Source of the DNA: Hyalangium minutum
GTDB taxonomy: Bacteria > Myxococcota > Myxococcia > Myxococcales > Myxococcaceae
Assembly (NCBI RefSeq): GCF_000737315.1
Contig: NZ_JMCB01000001.1
Coordinates: forward strand, 20,001 to 82,000
Direction: 5' to 3'
Length of the DNA stretch: 62,000 bases
Numbering within the stretch: position 1 is the stretch's first letter; each line of letters starts with the position of its first letter. Shown here one piece after another: positions 10,253 through 19,610 of this stretch. The position numbers and the translations under genes are program-made. The notes under the pieces are model-generated. The model saw nothing but the letters and a program-made list of their open reading frames with translations, was not told the DNA's origin and did no database searches.

Positions 10253-11305
10253 ATGCGCCTGACCCGAGTCCTCTGCGCCCTTCCCCTCGTCACCGCCGTC
10301 GCCTGCCTCTCCACGCCCCCCGTGCACGATCGGGCGCTGCTCAACAACGAGCTGTGCGTCCAGCAGCTCAACATCAATGACTTGGAGCGCGCCGAGGTCT
10401 ACTGCGATCTGGGCCTGGAGTTCTCGCCCACGTACGCGGACCTGTGGGTGAACAAGGGCCTCATCAAGCTCAAGGCTGGCGACACGGGCAAGGCCAAGGA
10501 ATTCTTCATCAAGGCGCTGCGCTACAACAACGAGCAGGCCCAGGCCTACCAGAACCTCGGCTACATCTACCTGCAGGAGGGCGCTTACGGGAAGGCGCAC
10601 GACAACTTCCAGCGCGCCCTGAAGGTGAACCCGGACTATCTCGAGGCCCGCTACAACCTGGGCCTGGCCTACCTGAAGATGGAGAAGAACGAGCAGGCCA
10701 AGAAGGAGTTCCGCACCATCATCGCGGTGGACCCGAACATCGCGGACGCGCACCACAGCCTGGGCGTGCTGGCCTACAGCGAGGGCAAGTTCGAGGAGGC
10801 CGCCGAGCACATCGGCCGCGCCGTGCAGCTGTCTCCGGACGTGGCCTCCTTCTGGCACGACTACGGCGCCACCCTCATGGAGCTCGCCCGCTTCGCCGAG
10901 GCCAAGGACGCCTTCGCCACCTGCGTCACCCTGGACCAGAAGAACCCCCAGTGCCTCAACAACCTGGCCATTGCGCAGCGCAAGGCGGCCCTGACGGACT
11001 CGGCCTTCAAGGAGATCAAGGACACCAACACGGCGGAGAACACCCCCGCCTCGCTCTACGTGCTGGCCAAGCAGCAGGCCGAGCAGGGCCTGGTGGACCA
11101 GGAGGAGCGCACCTACAAGAAGTGTGTCCGGCTGGATGGCAAGTACGCTCCCTGCCACTACGGCCTCTTCAAGATCTACGCTGACGCGAAGAAGAAGGAC
11201 GCCGCCACCATTGCCTGCAAGAACTTCCTCAAGTACGGCACCGCAGACGAGTTCCCCAGCGAGATTGAAACGTGCGAGAAGTACCTGAGCGACGGCACCT
11301 TCTGA
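10253..11305 (+). CDS. TPR lipoprotein (PilF/Tgl pilotin-like architecture)
   Basis: Lipobox AVAC; consecutive TPRs (ADLWVNKG, AQAYQNLG, EARYNLG, ADAHHSLG). Confidence 0.8.
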   Translation: MRLTRVLCALPLVTAVACLSTPPVHDRALLNNELCVQQLNINDLERAEVYCDLGLEFSPTYADLWVNKGLIKLKAGDTGKAKEFFIKALRYNNEQAQAYQNLGYIYLQEGAYGKAHDNFQRALKVNPDYLEARYNLGLAYLKMEKNEQAKKEFRTIIAVDPNIADAHHSLGVLAYSEGKFEEAAEHIGRAVQLSPDVASFWHDYGATLMELARFAEAKDAFATCVTLDQKNPQCLNNLAIAQRKAALTDSAFKEIKDTNTAENTPASLYVLAKQQAEQGLVDQEERTYKKCVRLDGKYAPCHYGLFKIYADAKKKDAATIACKNFLKYGTADEFPSEIETCEKYLSDGTF

Positions 11306-11358
11306 CCCTTTGACCTTCTGGTTCCTTCTCCCTTCCCCCTTCTCTTGATGCCCTGGCG

Positions 11359-12483
11359 ATGAGCGTCCGGCTGACCGTCACCCAGCGCAGCGAGGCTGGC
11401 AGCTCTGCCAAGCCTGCGGAGCACGTCCTCGACGAGGCCTCCATCACCCTGGGCCGCGACAAGGGCTGCCAGGTGGTGCTCGCGCAGCAGGCCGTGTCCC
11501 GCAACCACGCGCGCATCTCCCAGGAGGGCAACCTCTTCTTCCTGGAGGATCTGGGCAGCGCCTACGGCACCCAGATCAACGGCAAGCCCCTGCCCAAGGG
11601 CGAGAAGCACCGCCTGCGCAACGGGGACGTCATCGCCATCGCGCAGTTCGACGTGACGTTCACCCACGTGGCGGACCTGCCCGTGGACAGCGGAGGGCGC
11701 TCGGACAAGACGTCCTTCGTGGCGCGCAGCCTGGTGAAGGACGCGGTGCGCGGCATCAAGAGCGGCGAGGGCCCCTACTTCCGGGTCATGAATGGCCCTC
11801 GAGAGAGCGAGCGCATCGAGATCAGCGACGCCCAGGAGCTCATCATCGGGCGTGACGAGACGGCCGACGTCGTCTTCAAGGATGACCTCATCTCCCGGCG
11901 GCACGTGAAGATCCGGCGCGACTGGGCCGGCACTCACGTGGAGGACCTGGGCAGCCGCAACGGCATCAAGGTCAACAAGAAGAAGATCAACCGCAAGACG
12001 CTCAAGGACAGCGACGAGCTCGAGGTGGGCAACATCCGCCTGCTCTACGTGGACCCCTCGGACTTGCCCGAGCCCGCGGTGGACATTCCGGACTCTCCCG
12101 TCGATGACGGAGGCGGGGACGACGACGACGACGAGCACACGCAGAGCATCCCCGCGGGCCGCGTCGGCTCCCGGCGCGCCAAGCCCAAGGAAGAGGAGCC
12201 GCCCCAGGAGGAGCCGCCCAAGGAAGAGCCGCCCCAGGAGGAACCTCCCAAGGAGGAGGCCGCTCCGGAGCCCGCTCCCGAGCCTCCTGCGCCCGAGCCC
12301 GAGCCCGAGCCCGAGCAACCCCGTCCCATCCCCCAGAGGTCCTACGCCGCCAGCGTGGACGATGACGGTGGCGGGGGCGGCGGCGGCGGGTTCGACAAGC
12401 AGAAGATGGTGCCCCTGGTGGTAATGGGTGTGTTCGCCCTGTTCGCCATCGGCCTGATCATCGCGGTGCTGGCCGGAGCCTGA
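11359..12483 (+). CDS. Double-FHA-domain membrane protein (SctD cytoplasmic-domain-like, no periplasmic part)
   Basis: Two GR...SR.H FHA motifs, acidic EEPP-repeat linker, single C-terminal TM helix ending the protein. Confidence 0.8.
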   Translation: MSVRLTVTQRSEAGSSAKPAEHVLDEASITLGRDKGCQVVLAQQAVSRNHARISQEGNLFFLEDLGSAYGTQINGKPLPKGEKHRLRNGDVIAIAQFDVTFTHVADLPVDSGGRSDKTSFVARSLVKDAVRGIKSGEGPYFRVMNGPRESERIEISDAQELIIGRDETADVVFKDDLISRRHVKIRRDWAGTHVEDLGSRNGIKVNKKKINRKTLKDSDELEVGNIRLLYVDPSDLPEPAVDIPDSPVDDGGGDDDDDEHTQSIPAGRVGSRRAKPKEEEPPQEEPPKEEPPQEEPPKEEAAPEPAPEPPAPEPEPEPEQPRPIPQRSYAASVDDDGGGGGGGGFDKQKMVPLVVMGVFALFAIGLIIAVLAGA

Positions 12484-12537
12484 GCAGACGCTCCAGCCGC
12501 ACGAGCCCCCCTCAGCCTCTCCCCTCCCCCACGAACG

Positions 12538-12572
12538 AAAAAGCCCCCTCTGCCGGAGCAGAGAGGGCCTTT
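12538..12572. terminator. Bidirectional intrinsic terminator between the FHA gene and sctV
   Basis: aaaaagccccctctgc-cgga-gcagagagggccttt between convergent stop codons. Confidence 0.7.
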
Positions 12573-12603
12573 GCCGGGGCTCCCCGAAGGGAGGGGCCTG
12601 CGG

Positions 12604-14736
12604 CTAGCGCGTGGAGATGCGGGCCACGGGCTGGATGTTGAGGTCCGGAGCGAGCTCCTGGTAGCTGAGCACGGAGAACGGCGGGTTGAACTCGAACTCG
12701 AGCAGCTTGCGGACGTAGCGCCGGATGTCCATGGCGGTGAGGATGACGGGGCGCTGCGCGCTGGGCGGCAGGTGGCCACACTCGGACTTGACGGCCTGGA
12801 CGATCTCCTGGGCCAGCTCCGGCTCCAGGGCCAGGTGGGTGCCCGCCGAGGTGCGCTTGATGGAGCCGCGGATGGCCTCCTCGATCTGCGGATCCAGCAG
12901 GTAGACGACCAGGGTGCCGGTACCGCGCGCGTACTTGTGCGAGATGTACCGCCGCAGCGAGGCGCGCACGTGCTCGGTGAGCATCACGTTGTCGGCCTCC
13001 ACTTGGCCGTACTCGGCCAGGGACTGGAGGATGCCGCGCAAGTCGCGCACGGAGATCTCCTCCTCCACGAGCCGCTGGAGGATGTCCGTGAGCTTGAGCA
13101 CGTTGACGACCTTCGGCACCACCTCTTTGACGATGGCGGGGAAGGCCTTCTCCAGCTGGTCCAGCATCGTCTGCGACTCCTGGACGCCCACGAACTCGCG
13201 GGCGTTGCGGCGCAGGATGGCGGCCAAGTGGAGGATGATGTAGCCGGGCACGTCCCAGGTGGTGAGGCCGGCGGACTCCAGCGTCTCCTTGTGCTGCTCA
13301 GGGACCCAGGCGGCGGGCTGGCGGGTGGCCGGGTTGATGGCCTCGAAGCCCTGGATGTTCATCAACTTCAGGCGGTCCACCGTGTCGTTCACGAGCACGT
13401 GGCCCAGCGTGGCCTGGCCAGTGACGACAGGCACCTCGTTGATCTGGATCTGGTAAGCGCCGGGCGGGAGGCTCGAGTTACCGCGGGCACGCACGCCCGG
13501 GAAACGCACGCCGAGCTCCACGAAGAGGCCGTCGCGCATGAACGGGATGAGCTCGAAGAGGAACTTCCCGTTGTCCTGGCGCGAGTCCACGTAGGGCACC
13601 AGCGCGTCGCTCACCTCCAGAACAATCGGAGTGACGACGGGGACGAAGAGCTCGGAGTCCGGGTTGATGGGCTCCTTGGGCGCGGGCTCGGTGGCGGCGG
13701 GGGTGCCGTTATCCGAGGTGGTGGTAGGAGCCAGGCCGCCGCCGCCCTCCTCCGCCACCGTCTCCTCCTGCTGCTTCTTGAGCATCTTCCAGGCGCCGAA
13801 GGCCGCGCCGCCGCCCAGCACCGTGAAGGGGATGCCGGGCAGACCGGGGATGATGGCCATCACCAGGAGCATGCCACCTGCGATGGCGATGGCCTTCGGG
13901 TACGCGGTCAGCTGCGTGCCCACGTCCTTGCCGAGGTGGTTACCCTCCTCCTCGCCGCCCACGCGCGTCACGATGATACCGGCGCAGGTGGAGATGAGGA
14001 TGGCGGGGATCATGCCCACCAGACCGTCACCGATGGTGAGCAGCGCGTACTTCTGCGCGGCCGCGCCCACGTCCATGCCCTTCTGCATCACACCGATGAT
14101 GAGGCCACCGACGATGTTGATGACGGTGATGATGATGGAGGCAATCGCGTCGCCCTTGACGAACTTCATGGCGCCGTCCATGGCGCCGAACAGCTGGCTC
14201 TCGCGCTCCAGGTCGCGGCGCTTCTTCTTGCCCACCTCCAGATCGATGGAGCCGGCGCGGAGGTCCGCGTCGATGGACATCTGCTTGCCGGGCATGGCGT
14301 CCAGGGTGAAGCGGGCGGCCACTTCGGCCACGCGCTCCGAGCCCTTGGAGATCACGATGAAGTTCACCACCGTGAGGATGACGAAGATGATGGCACCGAC
14401 GACGAAGTTGCCCTGAACCACGAACTTACCGAAGGCGACCACCACCTCACCCGGATCGCCCGTGAGCAGAATCAGGCGTGTGGTGGAGATGGTGAGCGAC
14501 AGCCGGTACATCGTGGTGATCAGCAGCAGCGTCGGGAACACCGACAGCTGGAGCGCCGCTGGCACGTAGAGCGAGATGAGCAGCAGCACCACCGAGATGC
14601 TGATGTTGAGCGTCAGCAGCACGTCCAACAGGTGGGTGGGCAGCGGGACGATCATCATCCCGACGATGGCCACCACGACCAGCGCGAGGACGATATCGGA
14701 GTACTTGGACAGGAAGCTGTTCGGATTGGCTGACAT
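12604..14736 (-). CDS. sctV: T3SS export gate SctV (LcrD/FlhA family)
   Basis: RVAEVAARFTLDAMPGKQMSIDADL, FGAMDGAMKFVKGDAIA, ISVRDLR.IL motifs. Confidence 0.97.
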   Translation of the reverse strand: MSANPNSFLSKYSDIVLALVVVAIVGMMIVPLPTHLLDVLLTLNISISVVLLLISLYVPAALQLSVFPTLLLITTMYRLSLTISTTRLILLTGDPGEVVVAFGKFVVQGNFVVGAIIFVILTVVNFIVISKGSERVAEVAARFTLDAMPGKQMSIDADLRAGSIDLEVGKKKRRDLERESQLFGAMDGAMKFVKGDAIASIIITVINIVGGLIIGVMQKGMDVGAAAQKYALLTIGDGLVGMIPAILISTCAGIIVTRVGGEEEGNHLGKDVGTQLTAYPKAIAIAGGMLLVMAIIPGLPGIPFTVLGGGAAFGAWKMLKKQQEETVAEEGGGGLAPTTTSDNGTPAATEPAPKEPINPDSELFVPVVTPIVLEVSDALVPYVDSRQDNGKFLFELIPFMRDGLFVELGVRFPGVRARGNSSLPPGAYQIQINEVPVVTGQATLGHVLVNDTVDRLKLMNIQGFEAINPATRQPAAWVPEQHKETLESAGLTTWDVPGYIILHLAAILRRNAREFVGVQESQTMLDQLEKAFPAIVKEVVPKVVNVLKLTDILQRLVEEEISVRDLRGILQSLAEYGQVEADNVMLTEHVRASLRRYISHKYARGTGTLVVYLLDPQIEEAIRGSIKRTSAGTHLALEPELAQEIVQAVKSECGHLPPSAQRPVILTAMDIRRYVRKLLEFEFNPPFSVLSYQELAPDLNIQPVARISTR

Positions 14737-14838
14737 CGGCGGGGCCATCCTAGTCTGCCGTGGTGCCCAGGCCCAAGCCCCCGTGCCGGACCCTCCGTCC
14801 CCCCCCGTCACCGGACTGTTTGTGGTAGGACTGCGGCA

Positions 14839-15786
14839 ATGGTGCCCGAACCGCCCTCGCCCACCCGTGGCCCTGTCCCCACGTATGGCTGGCGCGTCGC
14901 GTTGTTGACCAGCTCCTCAGACGTGGTGCACCTCATCTCCGAGGCCATGCGCGCTCGGAACCACGAGCTGGTGGCGGTGGTCCTCCCCTGCGGCCCGGAT
15001 GGGCTCCGGCCCCAGAACGCCCTTGCCTGGTCGCTCATGCACCATGCAGTCCAGGCCTCGCCTCCTCTGGCCGATGTGCTGGTGGCCAGCCGAAGGGACC
15101 GGCTCGCGCCGCTGCTGCAGTCGGTGAAGCCGGACCTGCTCATCAGCTTCTTCTTCCCGTGGCGGATCCCCTCGGAGGCGCTGGCGGTGCCGTCGCTGGG
15201 CGCCGTCAACCTCCACCCCTCGCTGCTGCCTCGCTACCGCGGCCCCAATCCGCTGGGCTGGACCCTGCGCAACGATGAACCGGAGATGGGCCTGAGCATC
15301 CACCGGATGGACGCTCAGTTCGACACCGGGCCGGTGCTGGCACAGGCGCGGCGCCCCATCAGCGACTCGGACACGGTGGAGAGCCTCTTCGAGCAGCAGA
15401 TGAACATGGCCTGGGAGCTGCTCCCGGAGATGATCACCCGCGTGGCGTGGGGCGACGTGGGCGAGGCGCAGCCGGAAGCCCAGGCCACCCAAGCGGGCCA
15501 CTTCGAGCCCGCTTACCGAGAGCTGGACTGGAGCCAGCCCGCGCGCGCGATCCACGTCCAGGTGAGAGCCTGCCGAGTTGCCTCGTGGCGAGGGGGCAAG
15601 CCCTCCTACGCCTACGGCCAGCTCGGCGGGCGGAAGCTCCACGTGCTGAGCACCCGTCTGGCGGAGAGCGGCGGCACGACGACAGCAGCTCCCGGCACGG
15701 TCCTCGCGCGCGACGGCGAGACGCTTCTCATGCAGTGTGGAGACGCGCCCCTCTGGGTGCTCCAGACGGAGCCCTTCCAGGCCTGA
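14839..15786 (+). CDS. Methionyl-tRNA-formyltransferase-like formyltransferase
   Basis: VNLHPSLLPRYRGPNP, IHRMD..FDTGPV motifs and Fmt-like C-terminal domain. Confidence 0.85.
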   Translation: MVPEPPSPTRGPVPTYGWRVALLTSSSDVVHLISEAMRARNHELVAVVLPCGPDGLRPQNALAWSLMHHAVQASPPLADVLVASRRDRLAPLLQSVKPDLLISFFFPWRIPSEALAVPSLGAVNLHPSLLPRYRGPNPLGWTLRNDEPEMGLSIHRMDAQFDTGPVLAQARRPISDSDTVESLFEQQMNMAWELLPEMITRVAWGDVGEAQPEAQATQAGHFEPAYRELDWSQPARAIHVQVRACRVASWRGGKPSYAYGQLGGRKLHVLSTRLAESGGTTTAAPGTVLARDGETLLMQCGDAPLWVLQTEPFQA

Positions 15787-15803
15787 GCTCCGCGAGGAGC
15801 GCC

Positions 15804-16571
15804 TCAGCGCCGCTTGCGCTCCTGCTCCTCCTCGACCTGCTCCAGGAGATACTGGGCGCGCTGGACCAGGGGACTGCCAGCGGTTCCGGCATCCAGCACC
15901 GTGTGCAGATCCTCCACCGCCAGCAGGAGGTCGCCGCGCCACATGCGGGCCTCGCCCCTGCACACCCGGGCCATGAGGTCCATGGCGTCCAGAGAGAGCG
16001 CCTCCTCGAAGAAGACGAGGGCCTTGTCCGTGGAGCCCTGCGCCATATAGGTGGCGCCCAGCTGGGTGAACACGGGACCGGTGGCCACGCCCATCGTCAC
16101 CAGCCGCTCCAGGATGAGCTGGGCCTCCTCGAGCTGGTCCTCGGTGATGAGGCGGCGCGCTGTGGCCAGGCGCTCGGCGACGGAGCCTTGGGCAGGCTGT
16201 GCCCCCGCGGGCGTCTTCTCCCGGGCCCCCGAGCCCTTCCGAGGCGAGCGGGCCGAAGCCCTCCTCCCAAAGGACGCTTCTTCGGCCTTCTCGGAGACGG
16301 CGGCCCGGCTCTTGGGCCGGGGCCCGAGCGGCGAGCTCTGCGCGGGCTGCGCGGCGGCGCCCCCCAACCGGGGCTCGATGGGAATCTCGGGCAGCGTGGG
16401 GTGCTCCGCCATCGACGCTCTGGGAATCTCGGGCACCGTGGGGTGCTCGGCCATGGACACTTCGCTCGGGCGCTGGGCAGGGGTCCCCCCGCGCACGGAG
16501 CGCTTCTCGAAGTGGTGGATCTTCACGGGGGCAGGGGGTGATTTCCTGCCCGACCCCTGAGAGTTGGCCAT
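15804..16571 (-). CDS. Pro-rich N-terminus plus C-terminal TPR protein (T3SS-associated)
   Basis: TPR-like helices in the C-terminal half; 14-aa SMAEHPTxPEIP duplication. Confidence 0.7.
   Translation of the reverse strand: MANSQGSGRKSPPAPVKIHHFEKRSVRGGTPAQRPSEVSMAEHPTVPEIPRASMAEHPTLPEIPIEPRLGGAAAQPAQSSPLGPRPKSRAAVSEKAEEASFGRRASARSPRKGSGAREKTPAGAQPAQGSVAERLATARRLITEDQLEEAQLILERLVTMGVATGPVFTQLGATYMAQGSTDKALVFFEEALSLDAMDLMARVCRGEARMWRGDLLLAVEDLHTVLDAGTAGSPLVQRAQYLLEQVEEEQERKRR
16380..16461. repeat. Two 42-bp imperfect in-frame repeats
   Basis: gggaatctcgggca(g/c)cgtggggtgctc at 16380 and 16422. Confidence 0.8.
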
Positions 16572-16607
16572 GGTTCCTTCAGGCGCCGGGCGACCAGCGC
16601 CGGCGGC

Positions 16608-17075
16608 CTACTTCTTCAATTCCGCGGGCGCGCTGCGCTGGGCGGCTTCGATGGTCTCGATGGCCGCGGCGGCCAGCAGGCGCGCTCGCATGGTGAGCGG
16701 ATCCTTGTTCTCCGGATCCAGATCGACCGCTCGGGCAAAGTCCTGAGCGGCCTCCATGATGTTGCCCAGGCGCAGGTGCACCTCGCCCCGGTTGACCAGC
16801 GCCGCCGAGTCCTTCGGGTTGAGCTTCAGCGCCTCGTCAAAGGCCTCCAAGGCCGCATCCAGCTCGTCCTCGGCCAGATAGATGGCGCCCAGGGCGGTCC
16901 GGTAATAGGCCTCCAGGGGGTCCTGCTGCGCCAGCTCCTCGAAAATGAGCCGAGCCTCTGGATAGTCGCCCTCCTCATAGAGGCGGAAGCCCTCCATGGC
17001 CCGCTCGAGCAACTCGGGGGAGGACAACGTATTCGCCTCCTCGTTTGCGACCATCGCCTTGGATTCCGTCGTCAT
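16608..17075 (-). CDS. SycD/LcrH-like TPR chaperone
   Basis: G..LYEEGDY.EA..IF..L...DP..AYY..ALG class II chaperone pattern. Confidence 0.75.
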   Translation of the reverse strand: MTTESKAMVANEEANTLSSPELLERAMEGFRLYEEGDYPEARLIFEELAQQDPLEAYYRTALGAIYLAEDELDAALEAFDEALKLNPKDSAALVNRGEVHLRLGNIMEAAQDFARAVDLDPENKDPLTMRARLLAAAAIETIEAAQRSAPAELKK

Positions 17076-17221
17076 CTGCGCGGGTACCTGGGGTAGGAGC
17101 GCCGCTGCGGGCTGTCACCGAGCGGCCGGAGTCTAGCCCGCAGGCGCGCCAACAACCAAGGAGGGTGATCAATCCAAGAGGGCCCCCTCCCGATGCCCAG
17201 GGGGCCCGGGGGGGGCCCCTG

Positions 17222-17274
17222 AAACGAAACCGGCCCCGCGGAAGGACCCTGGCTCCAGGTCCTCGCGAGGCCGG
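17222..17274 (-). terminator. Intrinsic terminator of needle-like copy 1
   Basis: CCGGCCTCGCG-AGGACC..GGTCCT-TC-CGCGGGGCCGG-TTTCGTTT on the minus strand. Confidence 0.85.
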
Positions 17275-17311
17275 CTCCGGCCTACTGCCCAGACGGCTGC
17301 CTGGCTTACAA

Positions 17312-17539
17312 CTACACCGCCAGGTTCTGGATGACGCTCTTGCTCATCTCGTGCAGCGCCTTCATCATCGTCGTCGCCAGCTGCACCATCTCCTGCATCC
17401 GCTGCATCTCGGACTGAACCTTCAGAAGGTTCTTCTGCTCCGCGGGGATGTTCTGGTTGTCGATCCACGAGTTCATCGTGCCGACGTTGCTGTTGATGGT
17501 GCCAGAGAAGTTGTTGAAAACGCCACCGAGGCTGGACAT
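17312..17539 (-). CDS. SctF-like T3SS needle subunit, copy 1 (75 aa)
   Basis: 75-aa helical hairpin; NLLKVQSEMQ..Q......MK..HE..KSVIQNL matches the SctF/PrgI C-terminal pattern; AGGAG RBS. Confidence 0.75.
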   Translation of the reverse strand: MSSLGGVFNNFSGTINSNVGTMNSWIDNQNIPAEQKNLLKVQSEMQRMQEMVQLATTMMKALHEMSKSVIQNLAV

Positions 17540-17599
17540 GACGAACTCCTTGAGACGGACGGGGTAGGGAGGGTGAACCGCGAAGCAGCTTACACCTGG

Positions 17600-17650
17600 A
17601 TTATCGGTTCTGGGCAGAGGGAGTTTCCTGGAATTTTCCGGATCATTTCC
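17600..17650 (-). promoter_or_regulatory. Sigma-28-type promoter of copy 1
   Basis: GGAAAC-N15-CCGATAAT with upstream GGAAA repeats. Confidence 0.8.
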
Positions 17651-17739
17651 AGGCATTGAAGCGTCCCCTCCCCTGCCTGGCCTACCCCCTGCCACTCATG
17701 AACTGCCGCAGGGCCCTACCTGAACTAGGATGGGGGGAC

Positions 17740-18351
17740 ATGGACCTCTCCCAGGCGAAGGACATCTTCCAGCGGCTCTACCAGGACCTGTCGGGTTACG
17801 AGACGGCCCAGCGGGAGAAGGAGCGGTTGGGACGGGGGGATCAGTCCACCACCTATGGAGAGATCCTCCCCGAGAGCTTCGTGGAGCTGATGGCTGCGGC
17901 CTCCCCCACCGAGGGTGACGTGTTCATTGATCTGGGCTCCGGCACGGGCAAGGCGACCTTCATGGCGGCCCTCAGCTTTCCGCTCAGCAAGTCCATGGGG
18001 GTGGAGCTGCTCCCTGGGCTGGGGGATCTGGCGCGCGAGCGGCTGGCCGTCTACGACTCCGAGTTCCGTCCCCACCTGCCCGAGCAGCACCAGCGCCAGC
18101 GCATCGAGTTCATCGACGGAGACCTGACGGAGCAGGATCTCTCGGGCGTGGACATCGTCTTCGCGCACGCCACCTGCTTCCCGCCGGAGCTGATCGCCCA
18201 GCTGGGCAAGAAGCTCGAGGAACTCAAGCCGGGGGCCCGGGTCATTGTCGCGGGGAACACGCTCAACACGCCGGCCCTCAAGTTCCTCGCCATGAAGATC
18301 ATGAGGGCGGATTGGGGCACGGCCCTCACCGCGATATACCAGCGCACTTGA
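17740..18351 (+). CDS. DOT1-family class I SAM-dependent (lysine) methyltransferase
   Basis: TYGE; FIDLGSGTG motif I; GVEL; IVFAHATCFPPEL..L..LKPGARVI, which parallels DOT1L VIFVNNFAF..MKEGGRIV. Confidence 0.75.
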   Translation: MDLSQAKDIFQRLYQDLSGYETAQREKERLGRGDQSTTYGEILPESFVELMAAASPTEGDVFIDLGSGTGKATFMAALSFPLSKSMGVELLPGLGDLARERLAVYDSEFRPHLPEQHQRQRIEFIDGDLTEQDLSGVDIVFAHATCFPPELIAQLGKKLEELKPGARVIVAGNTLNTPALKFLAMKIMRADWGTALTAIYQRT

Positions 18352-18395
18352 CCTCAACCCACCGCCACACCGAGTGGCCACCCAGGAGAGAGCCC

Positions 18396-18968
18396 ATGCG
18401 AAGCGCTTCCCTGTCCCGTCTGCTGACCGCCGCCTGTACGGTGGCGATGCTCGGCGCCTGCAACGGTAACTCTGGAGGTACGGGAGGTCCGGGAGGCGAC
18501 GGGAATCCCAACACCAACACGCCCAAGTCGCCCCCGCCCCAGGCGCTCCAGGGCCAGTGGCTCAACGGCACCATCTCTCCTCTGTGGTTCTGGGATGAGA
18601 ACTCGCAGATGGTGCAGAACGGCGGCGGCACGGCCGCGTACTTCGTCTTCAAGCCCGACGGCAGCTACGAGGAGTTCCTCTATGCCAGCTTCACCAGCGG
18701 CGGCTCCTGCCGCTACCTGAGCTGGAGCTCCACGGAGGGCACGGCCACCTTCGAGGACGGCACCTTCCACATCTACCCGACCAAGGGGCGCTCGAAGTAC
18801 TCGGACTGCACCCACGGCAGCGACTTCGACAAGTCGCTCAGCGCGGATGAGCTGAAGAAGGCCCAGAAAGTCTACTACTGGAAGTTCCAGGCGCAGGCGG
18901 ACGGCACGTCGCAGCTGATGATGGGGCCCAACGAGACGAGCCTGAGCGTCTTCCAGAAGGCGCCGTAG
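18396..18968 (+). CDS. Lipoprotein of unknown function (lipocalin/beta-barrel-like)
   Basis: Lipobox LGAC; ALQGQW, FKPDGSYE, EGTATF strands; follows the methyltransferase gene. Confidence 0.75.
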   Translation: MRSASLSRLLTAACTVAMLGACNGNSGGTGGPGGDGNPNTNTPKSPPPQALQGQWLNGTISPLWFWDENSQMVQNGGGTAAYFVFKPDGSYEEFLYASFTSGGSCRYLSWSSTEGTATFEDGTFHIYPTKGRSKYSDCTHGSDFDKSLSADELKKAQKVYYWKFQAQADGTSQLMMGPNETSLSVFQKAP

Positions 18969-19018
18969 CCGCGGTGCTCCAGGGTTGAGCACCGCGGCCA
19001 CATGCGCGCGGTGCTCCC

Positions 19019-19522
19019 CTACTCCTCGAGGGCCTCGTCGGCCTTCTTCTGCAGCATGGCCAGGGTGGCGCGGGCGCGCTTGGTGGTGTCGCGCTTGGCC
19101 TCCGGGTCCAGCTTCAGGGCAGCGAGGATGTCCTTGAGGGCATCCTCGAGCTTGCCCTCTTGCAGGTACAGCTCGCTGCGGCCCACCAGCGCATCCACGT
19201 TGGCGATGTTGAGCCGCAGGGAGGTGGTGTACTCCTCCAAGGCCTCGGGGAGCTGCTTGAGCTGGTGGTACGCGAACGCCAGATTCACGTGGAAGACGCT
19301 GTCATAGGGCGAGGCGGCCACCAGCCCCAGGAAGATGTCGCGCGCCTTCTCCAGATCGCCCCGCTTGAGCATGTTGTTGCCCATGGTCGCGATCTCATAC
19401 AGCTGCTTCTGCGAGAGCCCCAGGTACTGCGCGGGGGTGATGTCTCCGGCGACGAGCATCTCGCCGAGCTCCTCCTTGCTGGGAGCCTTGGCGCTGCCGG
19501 GCTTCTGCGGCGTGTCACTCAT
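19019..19522 (-). CDS. SycD/LcrH-like TPR chaperone
   Basis: ITPAQYLGLSQKQLYEIA..G...L..G..E.A..IF.GLVA.SPYD. Confidence 0.8.
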   Translation of the reverse strand: MSDTPQKPGSAKAPSKEELGEMLVAGDITPAQYLGLSQKQLYEIATMGNNMLKRGDLEKARDIFLGLVAASPYDSVFHVNLAFAYHQLKQLPEALEEYTTSLRLNIANVDALVGRSELYLQEGKLEDALKDILAALKLDPEAKRDTTKRARATLAMLQKKADEALEE

Positions 19523-19535
19523 GGTTCACCTGGAC

Positions 19536-19580
19536 AAAAAGGCGGGAGGAAGGCGCAGTGGGTTGCGCTCTCCTCCCGCC
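19536..19580 (-). terminator. Intrinsic terminator after the DUF1521/MIIA gene
   Basis: GGCGGGAGGA..GCGCA-loop-TGCGC..TCCTCCCGCC-TTTTT. Confidence 0.8.
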
Positions 19581-19610
19581 CGGGAATGAGATGGATTCAG
19601 CCTAGCTCAA

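Noticed and set aside
9212-11305. 697-aa ORF as a single protein; likewise the 507-aa ORF 9635-11158
   Set aside because: Their N-terminal extensions are antisense to real genes. The real starts are 10253 (TPR lipoprotein) and 10150 (barrel), both with signal peptides.
10253-11305. Naming this gene tgl
   Set aside because: It has a pilotin-like TPR lipoprotein layout, but it is longer than I recall Tgl being, I cannot match the sequence, and it is not in a pil context.
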